Source: Archaeoglobus fulgidus DSM 4304 (GTDB taxonomy: Archaea; Halobacteriota; Archaeoglobi; Archaeoglobales; Archaeoglobaceae). From it: DNA of 32,000 nucleotides. The notes below the pieces were generated by a model. It was not told where the DNA came from, ran no database searches, and was given only the letters and a program-made list of their open reading frames with translations. The stretch is taken from the NCBI RefSeq assembly GCF_000008665.1, contig NC_000917.1:780001-812000 (forward strand). The letters are read 5' to 3'. Shown in pieces: positions 8,730 to 18,417 of this stretch; positions within the stretch are counted from its first letter, which is position 1, and each line of letters opens with the position of its first letter. The position numbers and the translations under genes are program-made.

Positions 8730-10115
8730 TTAAAAGTCAATGCAGTTCTTGACAGCCTCCTCTCTGCTGCTCAAGTCCATCAAAAACCGCAGGGTAATGA
8801 GGGCGGCCGTTGGTGAGCCTCCGCCGTGGAATGCTCCCACCAGGTGGGATGAAGTAGTCCAAAATTCGATGAACTTCACGATTTTAAGTCTCTGCTCCGC
8901 GGTAAATTTCTCGCTTGCCCGGAGGAAGTCCCCAACCATTTCAAGGTCAAATTCTGAAGGAGAGGTGCCTATAATCCCTCCCGAAATGTCTATCAGGTTC
9001 ATCAGAGCTTTGGCGAACCCCTCTACACCTATAACCTTCCCGGAATTTGCCATCTGAAAGTTGGGCAACCAGCAGCCGTTGTGATTTGCCCCCTTCACCG
9101 CAGCACCGACGGAGATTGCAAAGGCACCCTCGCTGACTGCAACCATCTCAGCCACTTTCTGCTGCAAAGCTGAAACGTTCTCAAGACCGCTCGTCTTTAG
9201 CATTAGACTCGCTGCACCGGCCATCGAGTCGATAAACCCTGCCTTGCACGCTGCCCCCACACACCTGTGAGAGGGTGCGAAGTAGCTGACCACGTCCCTC
9301 GCCGCCTTCAAGTCCTCAAAAACGAAAACCCTTTCCCACGGTATGAAGACGTCGTCAAACACAACCATGCAGGTTGTTCTGTCTCCGTACTTATTTCCTG
9401 CCTCAAACTTTCCCCCTTCGCGCTGCTTCGCCTGAATTCCAGTGTTCTGAAGGATATACTTTATCCCCTCGTCCTCGGGCATGGCGGCAAAAACGACAGC
9501 GAATTCCTCCTCTCCTGGACGGAAGGTCTGAGTTGGTAAGACGAAGTTGACGTCTGCCGCAAAGGCACCGCTCTGGCAAATCTTAGCTCCTCTGACCACT
9601 ATCCCATCTTCTCTCTTCTCAACCACACGAAGGTACTTGTCCTTTTGCTCCGAGGGCCTCTTTCCCCTATCCCCCTTAACATCCGTCAGCGCGGCGGTGC
9701 AGGCATAATCCTTCTTCTGGATCTCTTTGAGCAGTTCCAAAAACCTCCTGTGATAGTCCGTTCCCTCCCTCTCGTCAAGCGCCTTTGTTGCCGGGTAAAT
9801 GGCGTTAATTGCATCACAACCGGTGCATCGGTAGTTGCAGGTTGCAAGCTTTAGGCTTAGCTCTCTCTGATAATCATATCTCGCAATCAGGTCTTCAAAA
9901 GTTTGGTTAACGTAGTTCAGCCTGTTTACCTTCTCTCCAACAAGCTCGGAGTGTGGAGCGTACTTTTCCGCTATGCTGTAGGTATAGGCCATTGCCTCAA
10001 CCGTCGGCCTTATATTCGGATGGTTTACGAAATCCTCAATTTTCTTTCCGAGAACGTAGATATCCCTTTTGTATTCACCCAACCTCTCTATGTATTCCTC
10101 CGGCTTTAAAAGCAT
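8730..10115 (-). CDS. 4-hydroxybutyryl-CoA dehydratase / vinylacetyl-CoA isomerase family protein (AbfD/HpaB superfamily)
   Basis: 461 aa. Blocks such as YLRVVEKREDGIVVRGAKICQSG and VVFDDVFIPWERVF match my recollection of clostridial AbfD. Candidate cluster ligands are CNYRCTGC and SHRCVGAACK. Confidence 0.8.
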   Translation of the reverse strand: MLLKPEEYIERLGEYKRDIYVLGKKIEDFVNHPNIRPTVEAMAYTYSIAEKYAPHSELVGEKVNRLNYVNQTFEDLIARYDYQRELSLKLATCNYRCTGCDAINAIYPATKALDEREGTDYHRRFLELLKEIQKKDYACTAALTDVKGDRGKRPSEQKDKYLRVVEKREDGIVVRGAKICQSGAFAADVNFVLPTQTFRPGEEEFAVVFAAMPEDEGIKYILQNTGIQAKQREGGKFEAGNKYGDRTTCMVVFDDVFIPWERVFVFEDLKAARDVVSYFAPSHRCVGAACKAGFIDSMAGAASLMLKTSGLENVSALQQKVAEMVAVSEGAFAISVGAAVKGANHNGCWLPNFQMANSGKVIGVEGFAKALMNLIDISGGIIGTSPSEFDLEMVGDFLRASEKFTAEQRLKIVKFIEFWTTSSHLVGAFHGGGSPTAALITLRFLMDLSSREEAVKNCIDF

Positions 10116-10163
10116 AGTTCCACCTCAATCAATCCTGATAGAATTTCTTTTTTAAAAGCATTT

Positions 10164-11174
10164 CTATTTGTACATCATTATGGCTTCCAAAATTGTCGAT
10201 TCTATGTGGTGGGGAAGGGGGATAATTCCGTCAAAATCGCTCCTGCTCAAATGGTTTAAAGCAAGGATTGCCGCGGAAAAGGTCCTGTCCATCACCTCAA
10301 TCGGTGTTCCGCTACCGAGGGCGAGGTTTGCCGCATAACCGTCAGCGACCAAGAAATACCTTTTCCCGGCTATCTCGTACTCCTTAACCAGGCCGTAGTC
10401 TTTGATAAGCTCACCTGCAGGCTCAATTTCCATCTCAGCACCCATGTTCAGAATAATGCTCCCATCAGAGATTTCTTCAAGCTCCTCTTTACCGAGAACA
10501 CCTTTAACTCCGGTGCACGTTACCACCACTTCCGCGGTAAAATCTTTCTCGACTCTGAATCCCTCATAAAGAGCTTCAATCTGCCTCGTTTCGTCATTGT
10601 CCCAAACGGCTACATCACAGCCTACAGACTTCAGGAGTCTCGCACAACCTCTCCCAACTCTGCCAAAACCCAGAATAAGGGCCTTTTTTCCCGGCAAAAA
10701 CACGTTCAGCCTTAGCAACGCATCGAGCAAACCAAAAGCCGTCCCATGTGTGTTCTCTCCAGTGCCCTTTAACGTCGAGGAGTCAAGCGATATTGCTTTC
10801 ATCCTAACATCCATCTTTCGCAGGTACTCCTCGCCGGTTTTCGTGAGCTCCACAACCTTAAGCCTTTCCTTCCCGCTTTTTACCGCCACTCTCGAAAGCA
10901 CCGCTGCACAATCAAGGAAGTACTCAGCATTAACAACGTCCCTTTTCATCTTCACCTCAACACCCTTCTCCTTCAACCAACTAACAACCTCAGGTTTCGT
11001 TGAAAAATCGTCGAGCTTTGCAGCATAGACGTTGGTGTACCTGGAAAGCTCGTAAATTAGACAAGCGGACTTGTATTCGAGAGGAATGCAGATAGCCAGC
11101 TCATCCACCTCAATGTCCCTGGCAAATTTCCTGACGAGCTTCATTCTTCTGTGATACCAATCAACAGATATCAC
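10164..11174 (-). CDS. S-adenosylhomocysteine hydrolase-like NAD-binding protein (short paralog, 336 aa)
   Basis: Colinear with the SAHH pattern: substrate-domain strands, ELTKTGEEYL (compare EETTTG), and Rossmann motif ILGFGRVGRGCA followed by D at the strand end. It is about 80-100 aa shorter than canonical SAHH. The start is GTG at 11174; M11 is an alternative. Confidence 0.65.
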   Translation of the reverse strand: MISVDWYHRRMKLVRKFARDIEVDELAICIPLEYKSACLIYELSRYTNVYAAKLDDFSTKPEVVSWLKEKGVEVKMKRDVVNAEYFLDCAAVLSRVAVKSGKERLKVVELTKTGEEYLRKMDVRMKAISLDSSTLKGTGENTHGTAFGLLDALLRLNVFLPGKKALILGFGRVGRGCARLLKSVGCDVAVWDNDETRQIEALYEGFRVEKDFTAEVVVTCTGVKGVLGKEELEEISDGSIILNMGAEMEIEPAGELIKDYGLVKEYEIAGKRYFLVADGYAANLALGSGTPIEVMDRTFSAAILALNHLSRSDFDGIIPLPHHIESTILEAIMMYK

Positions 11175-11254
11175 GATACAGTTTCTGCAGCAAAATATTT
11201 CAACTTATTGAAAGACTCAGAGATAAACCGACCTTCAGGCTGAGGTGATAGCCT

Positions 11255-12760
11255 TTGGAAACTCTGCTCGAAATGAGGAACATAGTTAAGCGATTCGGCA
11301 GCCTTGTTGCCAACGACCACATCAACTTCGAAGTAAAAAGGGGCGAGATTCACGGACTTCTGGGTGAAAACGGAGCGGGTAAAACGACTTTAATGAATAT
11401 TCTCTACGGAATTTACCAGCCGGATGAGGGAGAAATAATCTTCGAGGGTAAAAAGGTGAGATTCAAAAGTCCGAAAGATGCCATCTCAGCCGGTATAGGG
11501 ATGGTCCATCAGCATTTCATGCTTGTTCCGAGGATGAACGTACTTCAAAACATAGTTCTCGGTTATCGCACTCCCTCTGACCCCCTAATAAACCACAGGT
11601 GGGTTGAGGAAAGAATTGAACGTCTCTCCGAAAAGTACGGGATTGACGTGGCGCTTTACGAGGTCATTATGAACTTGAGCGTTGGAGAGGAGCAGAGGGT
11701 CGAAATTTTGAAGGCTCTCTTCCGTGACGTTAAGCTTCTCATCCTCGACGAGCCGACAGCTGTTCTCACACCTCAGGAGGTTGACAGCCTTTTTTACGCT
11801 CTGAAATCCATGACGAAGAGTGGTCTTACAATTATTTTCATAACTCACAAGCTAAAGGAGGCTCTTAAGGTCACGGACAGGATAACCGTCTTGAGAAGAG
11901 GGAGAAAGGTGGGAACTGTCATAACTTCTGAAACAAACGAAAGAGAGCTTACCAGGATGATGGTTGGTCGGGACATAGTGCTTGATATTACAAAACCGCC
12001 TTCAACGCCCGGCAGAGAAGTCCTCAGGGTCGAGGATTTGTGGGTTAGGGACGAAAGGGGAAATTACGCTGTGAAGGGTGTGAGCTTCTCAATAAGAGAG
12101 GGAGAGATTTTTGGGATTGCCGGAGTTTCGGGCAACGGACAGAAAGAGCTCGAAGAGGCTATAGCGGGACTGAGAAAGGTTGAGAGGGGCAGAATCATTC
12201 TTGACGGAAAGGATATAACAGCCAAAGGCGTGGCGGAAAGAGAGGACATAGCATACATACCCGAAGACAGGATAGGCGTCGGGTTGGCACCCTCTCTTTC
12301 CGTTCTGGAAAACCTTATGCTGAAGGACTTTAAAAAGTACAAAAAGCGCTTCTCCCTGAACTTCGAAGAAATGGAAAAGAGAGCGATGAGCCTCGTTGAG
12401 GAATTCTCTGTAAAAACTCCATCTTTGCACTCTCCGGCAGGAACGCTTTCTGGTGGAAATATCCAGAGGCTGATTCTCGCAAGAGAGCTTTCAAGAAATC
12501 CCAGATTGATCATAGCCTCCCAACCAACAAGGGGACTTGACGTTGCCGGCATAGACTACGTGAGAAGGAGGCTTATAGAGGCGGCGATGAGGGGGTCTGC
12601 AGTCCTTCTGATTTCCGAAGATCTGGATGAGATTTTCCAGCTCAGCGACAGAATAGGGGTTATGTACGAGGGTGAGATAAGGGGAATCGTGGACAGGAAA
12701 AATGCCAACTACGAGAAAATTGGTTACCTGATGGCGGGAGGTTTGGAGGTCGCAGCATGA
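11255..12760 (+). CDS. ABC transporter ATP-binding protein, duplicated ATPase (BMP/nucleoside-sugar CUT2 type)
   Basis: Walker A motifs GENGAGKTT and GVSGNGQKE, signatures LSVGEEQRV and LSGGNIQRL. TTG start at 11255 lies 5 nt after GAGGTGAT (11242-11249). The ATG at 11273 is an alternative. Confidence 0.9.
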   Translation: METLLEMRNIVKRFGSLVANDHINFEVKRGEIHGLLGENGAGKTTLMNILYGIYQPDEGEIIFEGKKVRFKSPKDAISAGIGMVHQHFMLVPRMNVLQNIVLGYRTPSDPLINHRWVEERIERLSEKYGIDVALYEVIMNLSVGEEQRVEILKALFRDVKLLILDEPTAVLTPQEVDSLFYALKSMTKSGLTIIFITHKLKEALKVTDRITVLRRGRKVGTVITSETNERELTRMMVGRDIVLDITKPPSTPGREVLRVEDLWVRDERGNYAVKGVSFSIREGEIFGIAGVSGNGQKELEEAIAGLRKVERGRIILDGKDITAKGVAEREDIAYIPEDRIGVGLAPSLSVLENLMLKDFKKYKKRFSLNFEEMEKRAMSLVEEFSVKTPSLHSPAGTLSGGNIQRLILARELSRNPRLIIASQPTRGLDVAGIDYVRRRLIEAAMRGSAVLLISEDLDEIFQLSDRIGVMYEGEIRGIVDRKNANYEKIGYLMAGGLEVAA

Positions 12761-13755
12761 GGGACATAGTAACTCCAGTCATTTCCGTAGCCGCATCCCT
12801 CGTCCTGGTGGGGATTTTACTCGCCGCCATAGGGATAAATCCCCTCGAAGCGTACGCTGTGATGTTCACAAGGTCCTTCACATCCAAATTCGGTCTCGCG
12901 GAGCTGTGCGTGAAAACAACACCTCTGATACTCACCGGCTTGGCGGTGGCAATTCCACTAAGAGCGGGGCTATGGAACATCGGCGCGGAAGGGCAGCTTT
13001 ACATGGGTGCCTTCGCCGCAAGCGTTGTGGCCCTTTACTCCAACCTTCCGGGATACGCGATGCTCCCGGCAATGTTTGCTGTGGGAGCTTTGTTCGGGAT
13101 GGGCTGGGCGGCAATTCCGGCTGTTTTGAAGGCAAAATTCGACCTCAACGAGATAATTTCCACACTCCTTCTTAACTACGTCGCCATATACTGGGTGGAG
13201 TACATGGTTTACGGCCCTATGAGGGGCAAGGAGGTTTACAACTTCCCGTACACAGACCTTTTTCCCGATGCCGCAACACTTCCAAGGTTCTTCGGAACTC
13301 GCTTCCACCTTGGGTTCTTCATTGCTGTCGTCATTGCCTTGGTAATTTACTACATCATCAGGAAGACGGATTTTGGCTTCTCCCTCAAGGTTGTCGGAGC
13401 GAATCCGAGGGCTGCTGAATACGCGGGGATAAGCAGGCAGAAAATGGTAATATACTCCATGCTTCTCGGCGGAATGCTCGCAGGAATAGCGGGGATGATT
13501 GAGGTGAGCGGTATTCAGCTAAGACTGAGGCCCTCAATCTCCACCGGATACGGGTACGCGGGAATTCCCGTTGCTCTTCTCGCTTCCGGAAATCCGCTGC
13601 TCGTCATGCTCTCCGCAGCGCTGTTTGGCTTTCTGTACGTTGGTGGCTCAGCGCTCCAGACCACCTACTCTGTGCCAGTTGCTATAGTCTACGTATTTCA
13701 GTCATTGATAGTTCTGTTCATAATAGGCGGGCAATCGCTAAGGAGGAGGGATTAA
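12757..13755 (+). CDS. ABC transporter permease (BMP/CUT2 type)
   Basis: 332-aa polytopic hydrophobic protein. ATGA overlap with the ATPase gene. Confidence 0.85.
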   Translation: MRDIVTPVISVAASLVLVGILLAAIGINPLEAYAVMFTRSFTSKFGLAELCVKTTPLILTGLAVAIPLRAGLWNIGAEGQLYMGAFAASVVALYSNLPGYAMLPAMFAVGALFGMGWAAIPAVLKAKFDLNEIISTLLLNYVAIYWVEYMVYGPMRGKEVYNFPYTDLFPDAATLPRFFGTRFHLGFFIAVVIALVIYYIIRKTDFGFSLKVVGANPRAAEYAGISRQKMVIYSMLLGGMLAGIAGMIEVSGIQLRLRPSISTGYGYAGIPVALLASGNPLLVMLSAALFGFLYVGGSALQTTYSVPVAIVYVFQSLIVLFIIGGQSLRRRD

Positions 13756-13756
13756 G

Positions 13757-14689
13757 ATGGTGGACCCAAGCTTCTTGGCCTCGCTGCTGGCTTCCTCGAT
13801 TAGGGCCGGTACACCACTGCTTTACGCAACGCTGGGTGAGATTCTTACCGAGAGAAGCGGAATTCTTAACCTCGGACTTGAGGGGATAATGATTACCGGA
13901 GCCTTTACCGGATTTGCCGTAAGCCTCGCGACCGGCAGCCCATGGCTCGGAGTTCTCTGCGGTGGGCTTGCCGGAATGGCTCTCGCCTTCGTGCATGCGT
14001 TCTTTTCCATAACGCTGAGAGCCAACCAGTCCATAACCGGATTGATGCTGGTTCTTCTCGGTCTCGGCATAACGGGATTTCTGGGGAGAAACTACATAGG
14101 GGAAGTTGCGTTCTACATCGATCCAGTAAAGATTCCCGTCTTGTCAGACATTCCTTACATCGGAGAAATTCTTTTCAGTCACGATCCGCTGGCTTATCTC
14201 GCAATAATTCTCGCAGCAATTATGTGGTTCATCCTTTTCAGGACGAGGTACGGTTTGGAGATAATTGCAGCCGGAGAGAAACCGGAGGCTGCTGACAGCA
14301 TGGGTGTTAACGTTGACAGAGTGAGGTACCTGAGCACGCTTTTAGGAGGCTTTCTCGTTGGGATTGGAGGGGCGTATCTCAGCCTCGCCTACGCGAAGCT
14401 GTGGACGGAGGGGATGACCGCAGGAAGGGGATGGATCTGCTTAGCTTTAGTTATCTTCAGCGGATGGATGCCGCAGAGAGCAGTTTTTGGTGCCTACCTC
14501 TTCGGAGGTCTTGACGTGCTGTCCTTCAAGCTCCAGGCGACGGGAATAGAGGTGTCGTACCACCTCATGAAAATGGTCCCCTACGTCGTCACGATAGTAG
14601 TGCTGCTGTTCAGTGTCGTGAGAAAAAGGGCTGCCTTTGGAGCGCCTGCAGCACTTGGAATACCGTATGTCAGGGGGAGGAAAGAGTAA
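13757..14689 (+). CDS. ABC transporter permease (second subunit)
   Basis: 310-aa polytopic hydrophobic protein that starts 1 nt after the previous stop. Confidence 0.85.
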   Translation: MVDPSFLASLLASSIRAGTPLLYATLGEILTERSGILNLGLEGIMITGAFTGFAVSLATGSPWLGVLCGGLAGMALAFVHAFFSITLRANQSITGLMLVLLGLGITGFLGRNYIGEVAFYIDPVKIPVLSDIPYIGEILFSHDPLAYLAIILAAIMWFILFRTRYGLEIIAAGEKPEAADSMGVNVDRVRYLSTLLGGFLVGIGGAYLSLAYAKLWTEGMTAGRGWICLALVIFSGWMPQRAVFGAYLFGGLDVLSFKLQATGIEVSYHLMKMVPYVVTIVVLLFSVVRKRAAFGAPAALGIPYVRGRKE

Positions 14690-14720
14690 AGTTTATTTCT
14701 TTTGGCATTTGGCAGAAGAT

Positions 14721-15860
14721 ATGAAGGCAAAGGTTCTGGTTTTTATCGCTCTAGCGGTATTAGCTGCTGGGCTGTTTGCAGGGTGTGCAGGAGAAGAGAA
14801 GACTCCTACAACCACGCAAACCACAACTACTGAAACTGCATCTGAGAAAAAGCTTAGCGCTGCCTTCGTTTACGTAAGCCCGATTGGGGATGCGGGGTGG
14901 ACTTACAGCCACGACTTAGGGAGGCAGTATATTGAGAGGGTTTACGGAGTGAAAACCGCCTACGCAGAGAACGTTGCCGAAGGTGGTGACGATGAGAGGG
15001 TTATCAGAGAGTTTGCAGAGCAGGGCTATGACGTGATATTCACAACGTCCTTCGGTTTCATGGATGCCACGATAACCGTTGCGAAGGACTTCCCCAACAC
15101 GATATTCATGCACTGCAGCGGTTACAAGACCGCGAAGAACGTTGGAACCTACTTTGGCAGAATGTACCAGGCCAGGTATCTGAGCGGTCTCGTGGCAGGA
15201 GCAATGACAAAAACCAACAAGATAGGTTACGTTGCCGCAGTTCCGATTCCGGAGGTCATCAGAGGAATAAACGCCTTCGCTCTCGGTGTCAAGAAGGTGA
15301 ATCCGGATGCCAAGATTTACGTTGTTTGGACGGGGACTTGGTATGACCCAGCTAAAGAGAAGGAGGCGGCGCTCAGCCTTATCGATGAGGGGTGTGACGT
15401 TATAGCCCAGCATCAGGATTCTCCAGCAGCGCAGCAGGCTGCAGAGGAGAGGGGGGTTTACTCTATAGGCTACCACAGCGACATGTCCAAGTTCGCTCCT
15501 CACGCGCACCTCACCTCTGCCGTTTGGAACTGGAGCGTGATTTACTCCTACGTCATAGAGCAGGTGATGCAGGGAACCTGGAAGAGCGAGCAGATCTGGT
15601 GGGGAATAGACAAGGGCGTTGTTGGTCTAACACCTCTTAGCGACGTAGTACCTGAAGACGTGAAGAAGATGGTAGAGGAGGAGAAGCAGAAGTATCTGAA
15701 CGGGGAGGTTCCGGAGCAGTACCCGTTCGTAGGGCCAATCTACGACCAGCAGGGCAACCTCGTTAAGGCAGAAGGAGAGGTAATGACCGACAAGGAACTC
15801 CTCTCGATGAACTTCTTCGTGGACAACGTTGTTGGAGAAATTCCTTCAGCCTCTGAATAA
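14721..15860 (+). CDS. BMP-family (basic membrane protein / PnrA-like) substrate-binding lipoprotein
   Basis: I prefer the ATG at 14721, which gives MKAKVLVFIALAVLAAGLFAGCAG (signal peptide plus lipobox Cys). A Thr-rich linker follows, then a periplasmic-binding fold with BMP-like blocks (FVYVSPIGDAGWTYSHD, GYVAAVPIPEV). Confidence 0.85.
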   Translation: MKAKVLVFIALAVLAAGLFAGCAGEEKTPTTTQTTTTETASEKKLSAAFVYVSPIGDAGWTYSHDLGRQYIERVYGVKTAYAENVAEGGDDERVIREFAEQGYDVIFTTSFGFMDATITVAKDFPNTIFMHCSGYKTAKNVGTYFGRMYQARYLSGLVAGAMTKTNKIGYVAAVPIPEVIRGINAFALGVKKVNPDAKIYVVWTGTWYDPAKEKEAALSLIDEGCDVIAQHQDSPAAQQAAEERGVYSIGYHSDMSKFAPHAHLTSAVWNWSVIYSYVIEQVMQGTWKSEQIWWGIDKGVVGLTPLSDVVPEDVKKMVEEEKQKYLNGEVPEQYPFVGPIYDQQGNLVKAEGEVMTDKELLSMNFFVDNVVGEIPSASE

Positions 15861-15865
15861 ATTTT

Positions 15866-16141
15866 TTATTTCCTCAATTTTTCAAGCAAGTCCCCCAAGT
15901 AGGTTCCAGCAGCAAAAAAGATTGCGTAGATTAACGCCGCAACAATCAGGCCGAAGGCTTTCACGAATTCACCCCATCCTGCACCGTCAAGAACAGCATG
16001 GGAGAGAGCGATTCCGGAAACCAGACCCAGCAGCAGGGAAACGAATATAACTTCGATAATTTTGGCTCTGTCCTCCTTTCCCCTCCTCAGGAATCCGAAA
16101 GCTATCCCTAATAAAAATGAGATGATGGCGTAGGTGTCCAT
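15866..16141 (-). CDS. Small membrane protein (91 aa, about 3 TM helices), unknown function
   Basis: Hydrophobic helices with host-like composition. Convergent with the transporter operon. Confidence 0.5.
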   Translation of the reverse strand: MDTYAIISFLLGIAFGFLRRGKEDRAKIIEVIFVSLLLGLVSGIALSHAVLDGAGWGEFVKAFGLIVAALIYAIFFAAGTYLGDLLEKLRK

Positions 16142-16339
16142 GCAAGGGGTAGTTTACAACACTATAAAAACTTACTTTTGTTTTGAATCTTGCCTTTCCC
16201 CCTCCTCGAGGTCATCAACCTTTCTGAAGTACAGACCCTCGCACATAGAGCGGATTTTCCTTCCCACTTTTAAAACGCTAACCTTCAAATTTGAAATTAC
16301 TGGAGAAAGACTATATACCTCAATACATAACGACTAGAG

Positions 16340-16978
16340 ATGAGGGTAGCCCTTCTTGGAGGCACAGGTAATCTGGGAAAGGGTCTGGCGTTAAGGCTTG
16401 CCACTTTAGGCCATGAAATTGTTGTCGGTTCTCGTAGGGAAGAGAAAGCCGAAGCTAAGGCGGCTGAATACAGAAGAATTGCTGGAGATGCTAGCATTAC
16501 GGGAATGAAAAATGAGGATGCTGCAGAAGCCTGCGACATTGCCGTCCTCACGATTCCATGGGAACACGCAATAGACACTGCAAGAGACCTCAAAAACATT
16601 CTGAGGGAAAAAATCGTCGTTTCCCCTCTCGTGCCTGTATCCAGAGGTGCTAAGGGCTTTACCTACAGCTCAGAGAGGTCTGCTGCTGAGATCGTTGCGG
16701 AAGTGCTAGAAAGCGAAAAAGTAGTTTCCGCCCTCCACACCATCCCCGCTGCGAGGTTTGCAAACCTCGATGAGAAGTTTGACTGGGATGTTCCGGTCTG
16801 CGGGGATGATGATGAGTCAAAGAAGGTGGTCATGAGCCTCATATCAGAAATTGATGGACTTCGCCCACTCGATGCGGGGCCTCTGAGCAACTCGAGGCTT
16901 GTCGAGTCCTTGACGCCCTTAATATTGAACATAATGCGCTTTAACGGCATGGGGGAGCTAGGGATAAAGTTCCTCTGA
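16340..16978 (+). CDS. fno: F420H2:NADP+ oxidoreductase (NADPH-dependent F420 reductase)
   Basis: 212 aa. N-terminal Rossmann MRVALLGGTGNLGKGLA. The overall sequence matches my recollection of the structurally characterised A. fulgidus Fno. Confidence 0.9.
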   Translation: MRVALLGGTGNLGKGLALRLATLGHEIVVGSRREEKAEAKAAEYRRIAGDASITGMKNEDAAEACDIAVLTIPWEHAIDTARDLKNILREKIVVSPLVPVSRGAKGFTYSSERSAAEIVAEVLESEKVVSALHTIPAARFANLDEKFDWDVPVCGDDDESKKVVMSLISEIDGLRPLDAGPLSNSRLVESLTPLILNIMRFNGMGELGIKFL

Positions 16979-16988
16979 CTCTTGCCTT

Positions 16989-17993
16989 CTAGTCTTTCTT
17001 ATACGGAAACTTCAAAACGAAGACTGTCCCTGTGGGCTCGTTGTCTTTAACCTCCACATTCCCTCCGTATCTCTCCATAAGGCTTGCAACGATGAACAGA
17101 CCCAGTCCCTGACCCTCTCCCGAATGAAAACCTTCGTTGAATATTCTGCTCTTGTTCTCATCCGAAATGCCAATACCATCATCCTCAACCCTTACAACGA
17201 CTTTGTCTTTTTCCCATTCAGTGGCAACTCTCACGTTTTTGCATCTTCCATGCTTTACGGCGTTGTTCAGCAGGTTGTCTGCGATCGAGTAAAGACCGTC
17301 GTCTGCCATTACTGCTGCATCTCCCGTCACAACGACGTTAATGCTGTAGTTCTTGCTAACCTCCTCAAAAACCTCCTTTACCGACACAACTCTAAGCTCA
17401 CCTCCCGTTTTCATCAGCAATTCCAGGTTTCTCAACCTTCTGAGGGTCTTTACCGACTCCGCCAAAATCTGGTATGCTTTCGAGACTATTTCATCCTCCC
17501 GCTTTTCCATTGAAAGCTCAAGGAGATTCATCGCCGCGGAGATTTTGTTAGCAAGGTCGTGACGGATAATTTTCCCTACAAGTTCAACGTATCTCTCGAT
17601 GCTCTTTTTTCTCTCCTCCTCCAGCACCAGTTCGGTAATGTCGATGACGTTGCAAACTATAGCTTCCTTTCCTTTAAAAATGGCCGGAAAAGCCTTCATT
17701 TCAACCCAGGCCGGGGAACCGTTCTTTCGCCTAATCTTCGCCACGTACCTCTCCGGAAGATTGTCAAATTTACCGGATTCAGACATTTCGGTAAAAAGCC
17801 TTATGTTTTCTCTGTCCGTCTCGTCAGCAAGCAAATCGTAAGGACTTTTCCTCAATAGCTCCTCTCTGGTGTAGCCCGAAATCCGCTCAACCTCTCTATT
17901 GAGAAAAACGAATCTACCTTCCTGATACACGTAAATGCCCGTTCTCAGCTTTTCCAAAACTTCGAGGGGAAGGGCTACATCAAGATCTAACAT
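16989..17993 (-). CDS. Sensor histidine kinase (PAS + H-box + HATPase_c), cytoplasmic
   Basis: 334 aa. H-box IIRHDLANKI, N-box DNLLNNAVKHG, VEDDGIGIS, GQGLGLFIV. Confidence 0.88.
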   Translation of the reverse strand: MLDLDVALPLEVLEKLRTGIYVYQEGRFVFLNREVERISGYTREELLRKSPYDLLADETDRENIRLFTEMSESGKFDNLPERYVAKIRRKNGSPAWVEMKAFPAIFKGKEAIVCNVIDITELVLEEERKKSIERYVELVGKIIRHDLANKISAAMNLLELSMEKREDEIVSKAYQILAESVKTLRRLRNLELLMKTGGELRVVSVKEVFEEVSKNYSINVVVTGDAAVMADDGLYSIADNLLNNAVKHGRCKNVRVATEWEKDKVVVRVEDDGIGISDENKSRIFNEGFHSGEGQGLGLFIVASLMERYGGNVEVKDNEPTGTVFVLKFPYKKD

Positions 17994-18033
17994 TATTTAA
18001 TCTTGAATTAAATCCTTAAAATAGTTTGCCATA

Positions 18034-18043
18034 ACCTTTATAA
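18034..18043 (+). promoter_or_regulatory. TATA box for the SRP RNA gene
   Basis: acctttataa lies about 24-30 nt upstream of the RNA 5' end at 18067. Confidence 0.45.
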
Positions 18044-18066
18044 CTCACTGTGACAATACTTTATTT

Positions 18067-18376
18067 GGTGGGCTAGGCCGGGGGGTTCGGCGTCCCCTGT
18101 AACCCGAAACCGCCGATACGCGGGGGCCGAAGCCGAGGGGAGGCCTGTCAAGCGGGCGGCAGCGGTTCCAGGCACCGCAGAGTCCTCGTCCCGGAGGGCC
18201 GGCGGTTATGGCCGGGCTGCCCGGAGGGGCTGTCCGCCATATTAGCCGGGGGGAACGGCCCAGGCCCGGAAGGGAGCAGGCTAACCCCGGACGACCGGCG
18301 CTTCCGGGGGTGCGGGGAGGAGGTGCCTGGGGCTTCAAGCCGCCCGTAAGGCAGGTCGACCCGAGGCGTGCCCACC
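18067..18376 (+). ncRNA. ffs: Signal recognition particle RNA (archaeal 7S RNA), about 310 nt
   Basis: GC-rich block in an otherwise roughly 50% GC context. The 5' GGTGGGC pairs with the 3' GCCCACC. The start GGGCTAGGCCGGGGGGTTCGGCGTCCCCTGTAACC is typical of archaeal SRP RNA. The conserved helix-8 motif AGGCCCGGAAGGGAGCAGGC is present. It ends in TTTT. Confidence 0.9.
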
Positions 18377-18417
18377 TTTTCAGTTAAATTGAAAAATCCT
18401 CCAGCCAATTCTGACCG

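Noticed and set aside
12906-13308. Several Arg/Gly/Pro-rich ORFs on both strands inside the permease gene
   Set aside because: They are alternative frames of a GC-rich membrane-protein gene. The permease frame is clearly the coding one.
16300-16339. Shared TATATACC ... ACATAACG motif upstream of fno and upstream of the first ORF (70-110)
   Set aside because: The spacing between the two halves differs (5 versus 22 nt). An 8-mer recurring once in 32 kb is expected by chance.
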